Source: Patescibacteria group bacterium
GTDB lineage: Bacteria > Patescibacteriota > Patescibacteriia > Patescibacteriales > UBA12075
Assembly (NCBI GenBank): GCA_034722035.1
Contig: JAYENK010000029.1
Span: 5,739 to 69,738, forward strand
Reading direction: 5' to 3'
DNA length: 64,000 nt
Shown: one piece after another, positions 29,177-37,717 of the stretch
How positions within the stretch are numbered: position 1 is the stretch's first letter
Layout of the letters: the number at the start of each line of letters is the position of its first letter
Position numbers and translations under genes: made by a program
Notes under the pieces: model-generated
What the model was told of the DNA's origin: nothing
What the model saw: the letters and a program-made list of their open reading frames with translations, nothing else
The model's database searches: none

Positions 29177-31084
29177 ATGGATAATGTTTATCGTAGACGA
29201 TTAGAATTAAACGAATGGATTATAACTACCCGCTGGTTTTATATGGTGGCGGTTTTTTTGATTGGAATATTAGGCAACTCTTTGGTTTCTATTTTTCAAG
29301 TAAAATTTTCTTTTTTCTCAATTATTTTTTTATTATTGATTTTCCTTCTTGTCAATGCTTATTTTTATAAGTTGATCGAGGGGATGAAGCGGCACAAGTC
29401 AGAGAAAAGATTGAAGCTTATTAGTGTTGGACAAATTGTGATTGAGTTGATAGCTTTTACTATTGTTATGCGCTTGATTGGCGAGGAATCGTTAGCTAGC
29501 GTATTTTTCTTTTTGCCGATTATTTCTTCGGCGATTATTTTTGGCATCAGAGGAGCGGTTATTACCGCAATAATTTCGGGAGTAATAGTAAATTTTTCCA
29601 TGATTTATGGCAATTTAGATTCGGTTTTAGAGTATATCATTAGACGCAACGAGACAAATAATTTTGATTTACTTGCTTTGCAACGGACAACGATTTCGAT
29701 GATAAGCGTGATTGTCACTTCAAATTTTTATTTGGTGCTTGCGCTTGTGTCCGGTTGGAGCTTTAAATTGATTTTTAAGCGAGAGCAAAAATTGATGGCA
29801 AGCGTTGAACAGTTGACAACAGAAAAGAAAAAAGATAAAGAAGAAGTTAGTCGTCTTGATAAGAATGCTCAGCTTTTGGCGGCACAAGATAAAAAATTAA
29901 AATCGATAAATATCGAGTTAAATAAACGCCTTAATCAATTAAAAAGTTCGGAAAAATCGATCATCCGCGCTTTTTCCGATTTGCAAACAGCTAGGAAGCG
30001 AATCGAAGAAGAAAGAAACAAAACCAGCGCTATTATTTCTAATTTTATTGATCCGATTATAGTTATTAACAATGAAGATAAAATTAATCTGTTTAATCCG
30101 GCGGCAAAAGAGGTGTTCGGTTTTGACGATAAAGATTTGGGCATGGAGATAGCTGCGAGCAATAATTATTCGATGGATAATTTTAAGAAAATTATCGATT
30201 TTGATTTTGAAGTGAGGTCCGGTAAAGAGCTTAAAACACAGAACAAAGAAGAGGAGGAGCTTATAATTAATGTAGCCAAACAAGAGTTGACATACAAGGT
30301 AATAACAGCGAAAGTTTTGGACGGCAACAAAAACAAATTGGGCGTAATGAAAATTTTTTATAATTTGACGCGAGAGAAAATGATTGATAAAATGAAGTCA
30401 GAATTTATCTCTATTGCCGCTCACCAGCTCCGTACACCACTATCAGCAATTAAATGGGTAATTAAAATGGTTTTGGATGGAGATGTCGGAAAATTAAATG
30501 ACGAGCAAAAAGAATTTTTAACCAAAGGTTATGATAGCAATGAAAGGATTATCGGCTTGGTTAATGATATGCTTAATGTTTCTCGGATTGAAGAAGGGCG
30601 TTTTGGCTATTCATTTAATAAAGAAAGTTTTACTGATCTCACAGATAAAATTTTGAAGTACGTTGGGAATGCGATGGAAGCAAGAAGTATTAAGTTTGAA
30701 TCAAAGATACCAAAGACATTGCCACAAGTGTATATGGATAAAATTAAAATGGACTTGGCTCTTACTAATTTGATAGAGAATGCGATTAAGTATACACCGG
30801 AACATGGTAAAATTATCTTGCAAGTTGAGGTGGGAGACAAGTTTATTAAGGTTCGAATTAAAGATAACGGCGTAGGCATTCCGAAAAAAGATCAAGAGAA
30901 ATTATTTTCCAAATTTTTTCGAGCAGAAAACGTTATTCGTATGCAGACCGAGGGTTCCGGTCTGGGGCTTTTTATGGTTAGAAATATAATTAAGCGTCAT
31001 GGTGGAGAGATTACTTTTGAGAGCGAAGAGGGTAAGGGGGCAGAGTTTGTATTTACTTTACCGATTAATGAAGATATAAAATAA
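29177..31084 (+). CDS. Sensor histidine kinase (multi-TM N-terminal sensor, coiled coil, PAS, HisKA, HATPase_c)
   Basis: H-box IAAHQLRTPLSAIKW; N/G boxes NAIKYTPEHGKI, GSGLGLFMV; about 6 TM in the first 200 aa. Confidence 0.85.
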   Translation: MDNVYRRRLELNEWIITTRWFYMVAVFLIGILGNSLVSIFQVKFSFFSIIFLLLIFLLVNAYFYKLIEGMKRHKSEKRLKLISVGQIVIELIAFTIVMRLIGEESLASVFFFLPIISSAIIFGIRGAVITAIISGVIVNFSMIYGNLDSVLEYIIRRNETNNFDLLALQRTTISMISVIVTSNFYLVLALVSGWSFKLIFKREQKLMASVEQLTTEKKKDKEEVSRLDKNAQLLAAQDKKLKSINIELNKRLNQLKSSEKSIIRAFSDLQTARKRIEEERNKTSAIISNFIDPIIVINNEDKINLFNPAAKEVFGFDDKDLGMEIAASNNYSMDNFKKIIDFDFEVRSGKELKTQNKEEEELIINVAKQELTYKVITAKVLDGNKNKLGVMKIFYNLTREKMIDKMKSEFISIAAHQLRTPLSAIKWVIKMVLDGDVGKLNDEQKEFLTKGYDSNERIIGLVNDMLNVSRIEEGRFGYSFNKESFTDLTDKILKYVGNAMEARSIKFESKIPKTLPQVYMDKIKMDLALTNLIENAIKYTPEHGKIILQVEVGDKFIKVRIKDNGVGIPKKDQEKLFSKFFRAENVIRMQTEGSGLGLFMVRNIIKRHGGEITFESEEGKGAEFVFTLPINEDIK

Positions 31085-31093
31085 TTTAAAAAT

Positions 31094-31915
31094 ATGACAG
31101 AAGAAAAAAGTATAAAAATATTGATTATCGAAGATGAGCAATCCTTGGTTGATTTGCTTATGACTAAGTTGAAAAAAGAAGGGTATACGCTTGAGTGTGC
31201 TTATGATGGTGAGGACGGTTTTAAGAAAATAAAAGCATGGAAACCGGAGCTAATTCTCTTGGATATTGTAATGCCAAAAATGGACGGTTATGAAGTGTTG
31301 GAAAAAATGAACGAAGCTGGTATTAAAGTTCCGGTAATTATTATTTCTAATTCCGGTCAGCCGGTTGAAATTGAAAAAACCAAGAAGCTGGGCGCGGTCG
31401 ATCATTTGATTAAAACCGAATTTAGCCCTTTAGATGTTATTGAGAAAGTACAGGCTTGTTTATCGGGAGAGGGGTATGACGAGCTGCTTAATAGTAGGAA
31501 AACTTTGAAAGTTAAAGAGAATGAAGATGCAAAGAAGCTTGGAATTAATGTCTTATTGGTAGAGGATGATGCTTTTCTCAGAGAAATTAGTTCCAAAAAA
31601 TTAACCAAAGAAGGTTATAGTGTTTATGAGGCAATTGACGGCGAAGAGGCAATAGAAGGCGTTAAAACCGTTAAACCTGACATTGTTTTATTGGATATAA
31701 TTTTGCCGGCGGTTGATGGATTTCAAGTTCTTAGTTATATTCGAAAGAATGAGGACAAAAAAATTGCCAAAGTGCCGGTAATAATGCTTTCTAATTTAGG
31801 ACAAGAAGATGATATTAAAAAAGCTAAAGAAATGGGCGTAAATGATTATCTGGTAAAAGCGCATTTTACAACCAAAGAGATAATTGGAAAGATTAATGAA
31901 TTATTGAAAAAATAA
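31094..31915 (+). CDS. Second dual-receiver response regulator (paralog of 28275..29099)
   Basis: Same architecture and many identical stretches (LLDIVMPKMDGYEVLEKM..., KVPVIMLSNLGQEDDIKKA..., AHFTT). Confidence 0.85.
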   Translation: MTEEKSIKILIIEDEQSLVDLLMTKLKKEGYTLECAYDGEDGFKKIKAWKPELILLDIVMPKMDGYEVLEKMNEAGIKVPVIIISNSGQPVEIEKTKKLGAVDHLIKTEFSPLDVIEKVQACLSGEGYDELLNSRKTLKVKENEDAKKLGINVLLVEDDAFLREISSKKLTKEGYSVYEAIDGEEAIEGVKTVKPDIVLLDIILPAVDGFQVLSYIRKNEDKKIAKVPVIMLSNLGQEDDIKKAKEMGVNDYLVKAHFTTKEIIGKINELLKK

Positions 31916-31941
31916 TATTAATTATTTTTTTATTTATATCT

Positions 31942-31978
31942 GTAGAGATGCGCCGCGGTGCGTCTCTACTTTATTATT
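31942..31978 (+). terminator. Putative terminator hairpin after the second dual-receiver gene
   Basis: gtagagatgcgc-cgcg-gtgcgtctctac + tttattatt. It overlaps the track's GTG start (31958), which argues for the ATG at 31979 for the next gene. Confidence 0.4.
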
Positions 31979-33208
31979 ATGATTAATGATAAAAAAATTG
32001 AAATATTATCTCCAGCCGGGAACATGGAAAAAATGAAAACCGCTTTATCCTTTGGCGCGGACGCGGTTTATGCCGGAATTCCGGATTTTTCTTTGCGGGC
32101 CAGAATTAATGATTTTGATATAAATAGAATTAAAGAGGCAACAGAATATTGTCATAAATTTAACAAAAAAATATATATTACAATAAATATTTTTGCGCAC
32201 AATAAGCATATTGATAAATTGTCAGAATATATTAAAGATTTAAAAAAAATTAAAGTAGACGCACTAATTGTCTCTGATCCAGGAATTTTGATTTTAGTGA
32301 AAGAAGTATGGCCGGATGCGAAAATTCATCTTTCAACTCAGGCAAATTGTACAAACGCATCTGCAGTAAAATTTTGGCTGGCTCAAGGCGTTAAAAGAAT
32401 TATTTTAGGGAGAGAAGTGACTCTGGAGGAAATTAAGGAAATTCACAAAGCAGTGCCTAAAATAGAACTTGAATATTTTGTGCATGGCGCAATGTGTATG
32501 GCTTATTCCGGGCGTTGTTTTTTGTCCAAAGGATTTGTTGACCGCTCGGCTAATCTAGGAGACTGCGTTCAACCCTGTCGCTGGCGATATAAAATAAAAG
32601 CCGAAAATTATAAAGAAGAATTCGAAATTGTGGAAGAAGAACATGGGTCTTATATTTTGAATTCTAAGGATTTGTGTCTACTTGAACATTTACAGGATTT
32701 AGCCAAAGCAGGGATAAGTAGTTTTAAGATTGAAGGACGAGCTAAGAGTGTTTATTATCAGGCAATTGTCGCTGGAATATATTCCAGTGCGAGTAAAAAA
32801 AATATTAGTTTTTATAAAAAAGAGCTTGAAACAAAATTAGTGCATCGGGGATACGCCAAGGGATTTTTATTGGGCGAAAAAGCTGAACAAAACATAGAAA
32901 GTTCGCATAATAAATGCTCTTGGGAGTTTTGCGGACAAGTATATTCAATTAAAAATGAAAAATTAAAAATTAAGGATTATGATAATAAAAATCTTGTTTT
33001 AATTAAAGTTCATAATTCTTTGAAGGTGGGGGACAGGGTAGAGATGGTTCGGCCGAAATATGATATAATAAAAATGAAAGTTGATAAAATTTGGGATGCC
33101 GAAATGAAAGAAGAATTACAAGAAGCGCATGGGGGACAAAATAAAAAAGTGTTTTTGGAAGTTGAAGAAAAAGTACCGGAATACAGTGTAATAAGAAGAA
33201 AAATTTAA
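31979..33208 (+). CDS. Peptidase U32 family protein (collagenase-like; RNA-modification-associated family)
   Basis: IEILSPAGNMEKMKTALSFGADAVYAG... is the U32 N-terminal TIM-barrel signature. Confidence 0.8.
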   Translation: MINDKKIEILSPAGNMEKMKTALSFGADAVYAGIPDFSLRARINDFDINRIKEATEYCHKFNKKIYITINIFAHNKHIDKLSEYIKDLKKIKVDALIVSDPGILILVKEVWPDAKIHLSTQANCTNASAVKFWLAQGVKRIILGREVTLEEIKEIHKAVPKIELEYFVHGAMCMAYSGRCFLSKGFVDRSANLGDCVQPCRWRYKIKAENYKEEFEIVEEEHGSYILNSKDLCLLEHLQDLAKAGISSFKIEGRAKSVYYQAIVAGIYSSASKKNISFYKKELETKLVHRGYAKGFLLGEKAEQNIESSHNKCSWEFCGQVYSIKNEKLKIKDYDNKNLVLIKVHNSLKVGDRVEMVRPKYDIIKMKVDKIWDAEMKEELQEAHGGQNKKVFLEVEEKVPEYSVIRRKI

Positions 33209-33219
33209 TTTGTTTTTTT

Positions 33220-33801
33220 ATGCTTTCATATTTAAAAGGAACAATCCAAAATAAAGGTAAAGGCTACGTGATCGTTTTAACCGGTGATATCGGCTATAAA
33301 ATTTATGTGAATGACAGTATTTATGCGGAATTAGGCATTAATCAAGCCATTGAGTTTTATATTTTCCATAACGTAAAAGAAGATGCTTCTGATCTTTATG
33401 GTTTTTATCATATGGACCAGTTGGAAATGTTTGAGCTTCTGCTTTCGATTAGCGGCGTTGGTCCCAAGTCGGCTATGGCAACACTCGGAATTGCCAGTAT
33501 AGAGGACATCAAAGAATCAATAAGCCGAGGTGATTCATCTTTATTGATTAAAGTTTCCGGTATTGGCAAAAAGACGGCGGAGCGGATTGTTTTGGAGCTT
33601 AGGGATAAGATTATTCAGATAGCAGATGACAGACAACAGGCAACAGACAACAAAAGCATTCAAGCCTCGTCTGATGAAATTGACGCATTAATGGCACTTG
33701 GTTATTCGTTGCAACAGGCGAGAGAGGCGCTTAAGAAAATTGATGTTTCGATTAAGGATAGCGGGCAGAGGATTAAGGAGGCGCTTAAGGGGTTGGGGTA
33801 G
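33220..33801 (+). CDS. ruvA: Holliday junction branch-migration protein RuvA
   Basis: LSYLKGTI...; HhH motifs LLSISGVGPKSAMATL and KVSGIGKKTAERI; C-terminal domain III. Confidence 0.85.
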   Translation: MLSYLKGTIQNKGKGYVIVLTGDIGYKIYVNDSIYAELGINQAIEFYIFHNVKEDASDLYGFYHMDQLEMFELLLSISGVGPKSAMATLGIASIEDIKESISRGDSSLLIKVSGIGKKTAERIVLELRDKIIQIADDRQQATDNKSIQASSDEIDALMALGYSLQQAREALKKIDVSIKDSGQRIKEALKGLG

Positions 33802-33802
33802 C

Positions 33803-33835
33803 CAATTAAAAATTAGGAATTAAAAATTAAGAATG
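33803..33835. repeat. Tandem AT-rich element dimer overlapping the start codon of the FemAB gene
   Basis: caattaaaaattaggaattaaaaattaagaATG. Confidence 0.45.
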
Positions 33836-34792
33836 CGGGTAGTCGAAGTTAGTAGGGCAGAATTAAATAGTTTTACAGCATCACAGAAACGTTCTCAGTT
33901 TTTGCAGTCTTGGGAATGGGGGGAGTTTCAGGAGAGAACGGGGAAAAAAGTGATTCGATTGGGGTTTGAAGATGATGATAAATTGTTTTTTGCGTTTACT
34001 TTAATTAAAAACAATTTACCCTTAGGGATGAATTATTTTTATTCCCCAAGAGTTGGTGTCGAAAGTTTAAACAAGGAACAAGTAGAGCTTGTCTTTAAGG
34101 AAATAAAAAAGATTGCAAAAAAAGAAAAAATATTATTTTTTAGACTAGATTTAAATAAAAATTTAAAATTTAAAATTTTAAATTTTAAATTTAAAAAGAC
34201 TATTCATGTTCAACCTGAAAAAACTTTAATTTTAAATATATCTAGATCAGGGGAGGAGCTACTCCAAAGCATGCATAAAAAAACCAGATATAATATCAGA
34301 CTAGCTGAAAAGAAGGGCGTGACAGTGAGGCAGGCGAGCGAAGCAGATTTTAATGTTTGGTGGAATATTATGAAGGAAACCAAAGAAAGAGATAATTTTC
34401 GTTTGTATTCTAAGGAGCATTATAAGAAAATGCTAAAAATTAATATTATCAAATTATATATCGCTGAATTTCAGGAGAAAATAATTGCTGGAAACATAAT
34501 CGCATCTTTTGGTGACATGGCAACTTATGTTCATGGCGCGTCGTCTAATAAATATCGTAATGTGATGGCACCGTATTTATTGCAATGGGAAGCAATTAAA
34601 ATAGCAAAAGAGCAGGGTTGTAAATGCTATGATTTTTATGGAATTGATGAAGATAAATGGCCGGGAGTAACACGCTTTAAACAGGGGTTTTCCGGAGAAG
34701 AAATAATTTATCCCGGAACTTTTGATTTGATTTATTATGATTTTTATTATAATTTATATCAATTATTAAGAAAAATTAGAAGAATGGTGTAA
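33833..34792 (+). CDS. FemAB-family peptidoglycan aminoacyl-tRNA transferase (FemX-like)
   Basis: FLQSWEWGEF, YYSPRVG, KTRYNIRLAEKKGV, YGAS... are motifs of the PF02388 family. Confidence 0.7.
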   Translation: MRVVEVSRAELNSFTASQKRSQFLQSWEWGEFQERTGKKVIRLGFEDDDKLFFAFTLIKNNLPLGMNYFYSPRVGVESLNKEQVELVFKEIKKIAKKEKILFFRLDLNKNLKFKILNFKFKKTIHVQPEKTLILNISRSGEELLQSMHKKTRYNIRLAEKKGVTVRQASEADFNVWWNIMKETKERDNFRLYSKEHYKKMLKINIIKLYIAEFQEKIIAGNIIASFGDMATYVHGASSNKYRNVMAPYLLQWEAIKIAKEQGCKCYDFYGIDEDKWPGVTRFKQGFSGEEIIYPGTFDLIYYDFYYNLYQLLRKIRRMV

Positions 34793-34848
34793 TTTTTTCA
34801 ATCAATTCTCTTAATTATAAGCAATATTAGTCTATTTTGAGTTTGCTA

Positions 34849-34877
34849 TTGACAAAAATTAGGTTTTAGTATATAAT
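34849..34877 (+). promoter_or_regulatory. Consensus sigma70-type promoter TTGACA-17-TATAAT
   Basis: ttgaca aaaattaggttttagta tataat, about 135 nt upstream of the 35014 ATG. Confidence 0.5.
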
Positions 34878-35013
34878 ATAAAATCTAGAAAAGCTCTTTT
34901 ATATTTTAAATTTATTTTATTTTTGTAACGACAAAGCCATGGTGGTCTTTGTCAGTTAATATATATAATCTGCGCCGCTTATATGGTGGCCGCAACAAAA
35001 AGGAGGACTTGTA

Positions 35014-35679
35014 ATGAGGAAAGCAACCCTTAATCAGGTAGTAAAGATTTTGTCTATTTTTGACGATACTCCCGTTGAACAAATACAGGAGATCTTGGGA
35101 TCTGGTTTTTTGGAGGACATTCGTGATGCAGATATCAAAGAGGTTAATCGAAGTTTGTTTCGTAAAATGCTTGGTCTTAAGCCCTTGCATGTAACTAAGG
35201 ACAAGTTGTTTCTCCGACTCATTTCCGATGAGTCGTTGGCTGTTAAAGCCACAGACAAAAAGAGAATCATTGCGGAAGCGAATGATGTGTTTAAATGGGT
35301 TGATCCTGATTTTAAAAACTGGGGAGCGGACGAGGTTGGGTCGGAAACAGATAAAATTCCTACGTATATGTATGAAATGGAGAAAAATGGCAAGTTCCAA
35401 GAATTGTTTGGTTCGATCGGTGATATCAAAAAAATCTGTTTTACTCAGGAACAGATTATAAGTTTTGTAGAGAAGAGGAATAGGTTTTGGACTGACAGAT
35501 ATGCAATATTTTTTTTGTTTAGGTCTAAAAACACGAATTTTGAAAATACTCCTTTGGGAGAATTTTTCGTCGCCTGCGTGAGCATGGTCTCCGTCGGCCT
35601 CTACGTCTACGTACGCCAGCTCCAGGACTCTTACGTCTGGGATTCTGGGCGCCGGCACCGGGTGGTCGTTCCGCAATAG
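35014..35679 (+). CDS. Hypothetical protein (221 aa) with a strong AAAGGAGGA ribosome-binding site and a GC-rich 3' end
   Basis: Shine-Dalgarno AAAGGAGGA lies 7 nt upstream. Plausible amino-acid composition. The overlapping 264-aa minus ORF is judged a shadow. Confidence 0.5.
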   Translation: MRKATLNQVVKILSIFDDTPVEQIQEILGSGFLEDIRDADIKEVNRSLFRKMLGLKPLHVTKDKLFLRLISDESLAVKATDKKRIIAEANDVFKWVDPDFKNWGADEVGSETDKIPTYMYEMEKNGKFQELFGSIGDIKKICFTQEQIISFVEKRNRFWTDRYAIFFLFRSKNTNFENTPLGEFFVACVSMVSVGLYVYVRQLQDSYVWDSGRRHRVVVPQ

Positions 35680-35687
35680 TGGATGTT

Positions 35688-35729
35688 CCCTCGAATTCTT
35701 TAACACTTGGAATTCGGGGGATTTTTTTT
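35688..35729 (+). terminator. Rho-independent terminator
   Basis: ccctcgaattc-tttaacactt-ggaattcggggg + T8. Confidence 0.55.
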
Positions 35730-36015
35730 GTAATAATGTAGTCTTTCAAAAAATTCTTGGTTACGGCTTTGGGTTGAGATTGCTCGAAAATATTTTGAGA
35801 ACCAAAACTAAAAAGCGAATGTTTAATAAAGTTTCTAAAAAATATGAATTATTGCAAAAGGATTTGTTGCCAGAAGAATAGTATTATCAAAGTATTGAAT
35901 CTTATTTAGGAATGTTAAAACATTGCAACGGACATAATATTGCAGAAATATTAAAAAAATATTAAGATGTGTTATAATGTAAATAATGATAATTTTAATA
36001 TTATAAATTATAGCT

Positions 36016-37407
36016 ATGGAAATAATTTTAAATATAATTAAAAAAATAATTCCAAATAGATTATTCAAGGCGCTGCAACCTTGTTACCATTTTATTTTTT
36101 CTTATTTGGCGGCTTTATTTTATTCTTTCCCGTCGGAAAAATTGATTGTGATCGGCGTTACCGGTACGACCGGCAAGACCACTAGCGTTTATTTGATTGC
36201 CAAAATGTTTGAGTCGGCCGGAATAAAGACCGGATTCACTTCAACTGCCATTTTTAATGACGGTAAAAAAGAGTGGAATAATGATAAGAAAATGACAATG
36301 CTGGGGCGTTTTTTTACACAAAAATTATTGCGTAATATGTTACGCAATAAATGCCGGGTCGCGATTGTGGAGACTACTTCTGAAGGGATCAGACAATTTA
36401 GGCATCGATTTATTAATTATGACATTGCAGTCTTTACCGGCTTGTACGAAGAGCATATTGATTCACATGGCAGTTTTAAAAATTACAAAAAGGCCAAGGG
36501 TCAATTATTTGAGCACTTAAAAAAAAGCAAGACAAAATATATTGATAATAATCGGCGAGTAGTGGCGCCAAAAAGCGGTTTTAAAAAAATTGATTTAAAC
36601 CGCGTAAAAAAAACAATAATTGCTAATGGCGATGACGAATACGCGGATTATTTTTTACAATTTGTTGCTGATAGAAAGATTGTTTACAGCAATGATGAAA
36701 ATAAAAATTTTAAAGATAATTTTAAAGTAATAAATTATTCCGGCCTTAAATCTGATGCAAGCGGGGTGAGCTTTAAAGTTTTAAATATGAAATTAAAATT
36801 AAAAATGCTTGGTGCGTTTAACGCCATAAATGCTATGAACGCGATTAGTGTCGGTTTTGCCTTAGATTTAAATAAGCAAGCAATAAAGAAAGGGGTGGAA
36901 AGCGTTACAGGTGTAGCCGGTCGTTTGGAGAAAATCAATGAAGGACAAAATTTTATCGCTATTGTTGATTATGCTTTTGAGCCCAAAGCCCTCAAGAAAT
37001 TATATGATGTTTTGGATAAAATTCCGCATAAAAATATTGTTCATGTTCTGGGTTCGGCCGGAGGCGGACGTGATTTGGCGCGTCGACCAAAATTGGGAGA
37101 AATTGCTGGCAAGAAAGCCAAGTATGCTATTGTCACTAACGAAGACCCTTATGACGATGATCCGGAGATTATTATTGACCAGGTGGCATTGGGAGCGGAG
37201 AATGTTGGAAAAAAAATAAATTTTGATTTGTTTAAAATTCTTGACAGGAAACAAGCAATTAAAAAAGCACTTAGCTTAGTAGAGGATAATGATATATTAA
37301 TTATTACCGGCAAAGGCAATGAACAGGCTATTTGTGTGGCTAATAGCAAGAAAATTCCTTGGGATGACAGAGAAGTATTAAAAAAAATAATTAGGAATAA
37401 AAAATAG
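36016..37407 (+). CDS. Mur ligase family protein (MurE/MurF-like peptidoglycan peptide ligase)
   Basis: P-loop VIGVTGTTGKTT, middle-domain NYDIAVFTGLYEEHIDSHGSFKNYKKAKGQLF, C-terminal ITGKGNEQ. Confidence 0.7.
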   Translation: MEIILNIIKKIIPNRLFKALQPCYHFIFSYLAALFYSFPSEKLIVIGVTGTTGKTTSVYLIAKMFESAGIKTGFTSTAIFNDGKKEWNNDKKMTMLGRFFTQKLLRNMLRNKCRVAIVETTSEGIRQFRHRFINYDIAVFTGLYEEHIDSHGSFKNYKKAKGQLFEHLKKSKTKYIDNNRRVVAPKSGFKKIDLNRVKKTIIANGDDEYADYFLQFVADRKIVYSNDENKNFKDNFKVINYSGLKSDASGVSFKVLNMKLKLKMLGAFNAINAMNAISVGFALDLNKQAIKKGVESVTGVAGRLEKINEGQNFIAIVDYAFEPKALKKLYDVLDKIPHKNIVHVLGSAGGGRDLARRPKLGEIAGKKAKYAIVTNEDPYDDDPEIIIDQVALGAENVGKKINFDLFKILDRKQAIKKALSLVEDNDILIITGKGNEQAICVANSKKIPWDDREVLKKIIRNKK

Positions 37408-37717
37408 CTTTTTTCGCTAATTGTGGATAAATTAGTTTTATTGTATTTTTTTTAAATACTAGCAAAAAATAGCTAATAATAAAAGTTTATTATTGGTATT
37501 GACAAGATTAGCTTTAATTGGTAATATATTAAAGCTTGTTTAGGTATTTGACAAAATATCGTTTTTTTGTTAAATAATCCCCCGTGTGCTTTTATTATTA
37601 AAAGCAAGATCAGTGAAAAATTGCTTGCTTAATTAAATAAAAATCAATATAAAACTCAAAGCCAATAACTGGCCTTGAGCTTTTTTGCTTTCAATAAAAA
37701 ATATAATTTAAATATTT

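Noticed and set aside
34912-35706. 264-aa minus-strand ORF overlapping the 35014..35679 gene
   Set aside because: The + strand ORF has a perfect upstream promoter, a strong AAAGGAGGA ribosome-binding site and protein-like composition. The minus ORF translation is low-complexity and Arg-rich through the GC patch, and lacks a ribosome-binding site, so it is judged a shadow ORF.
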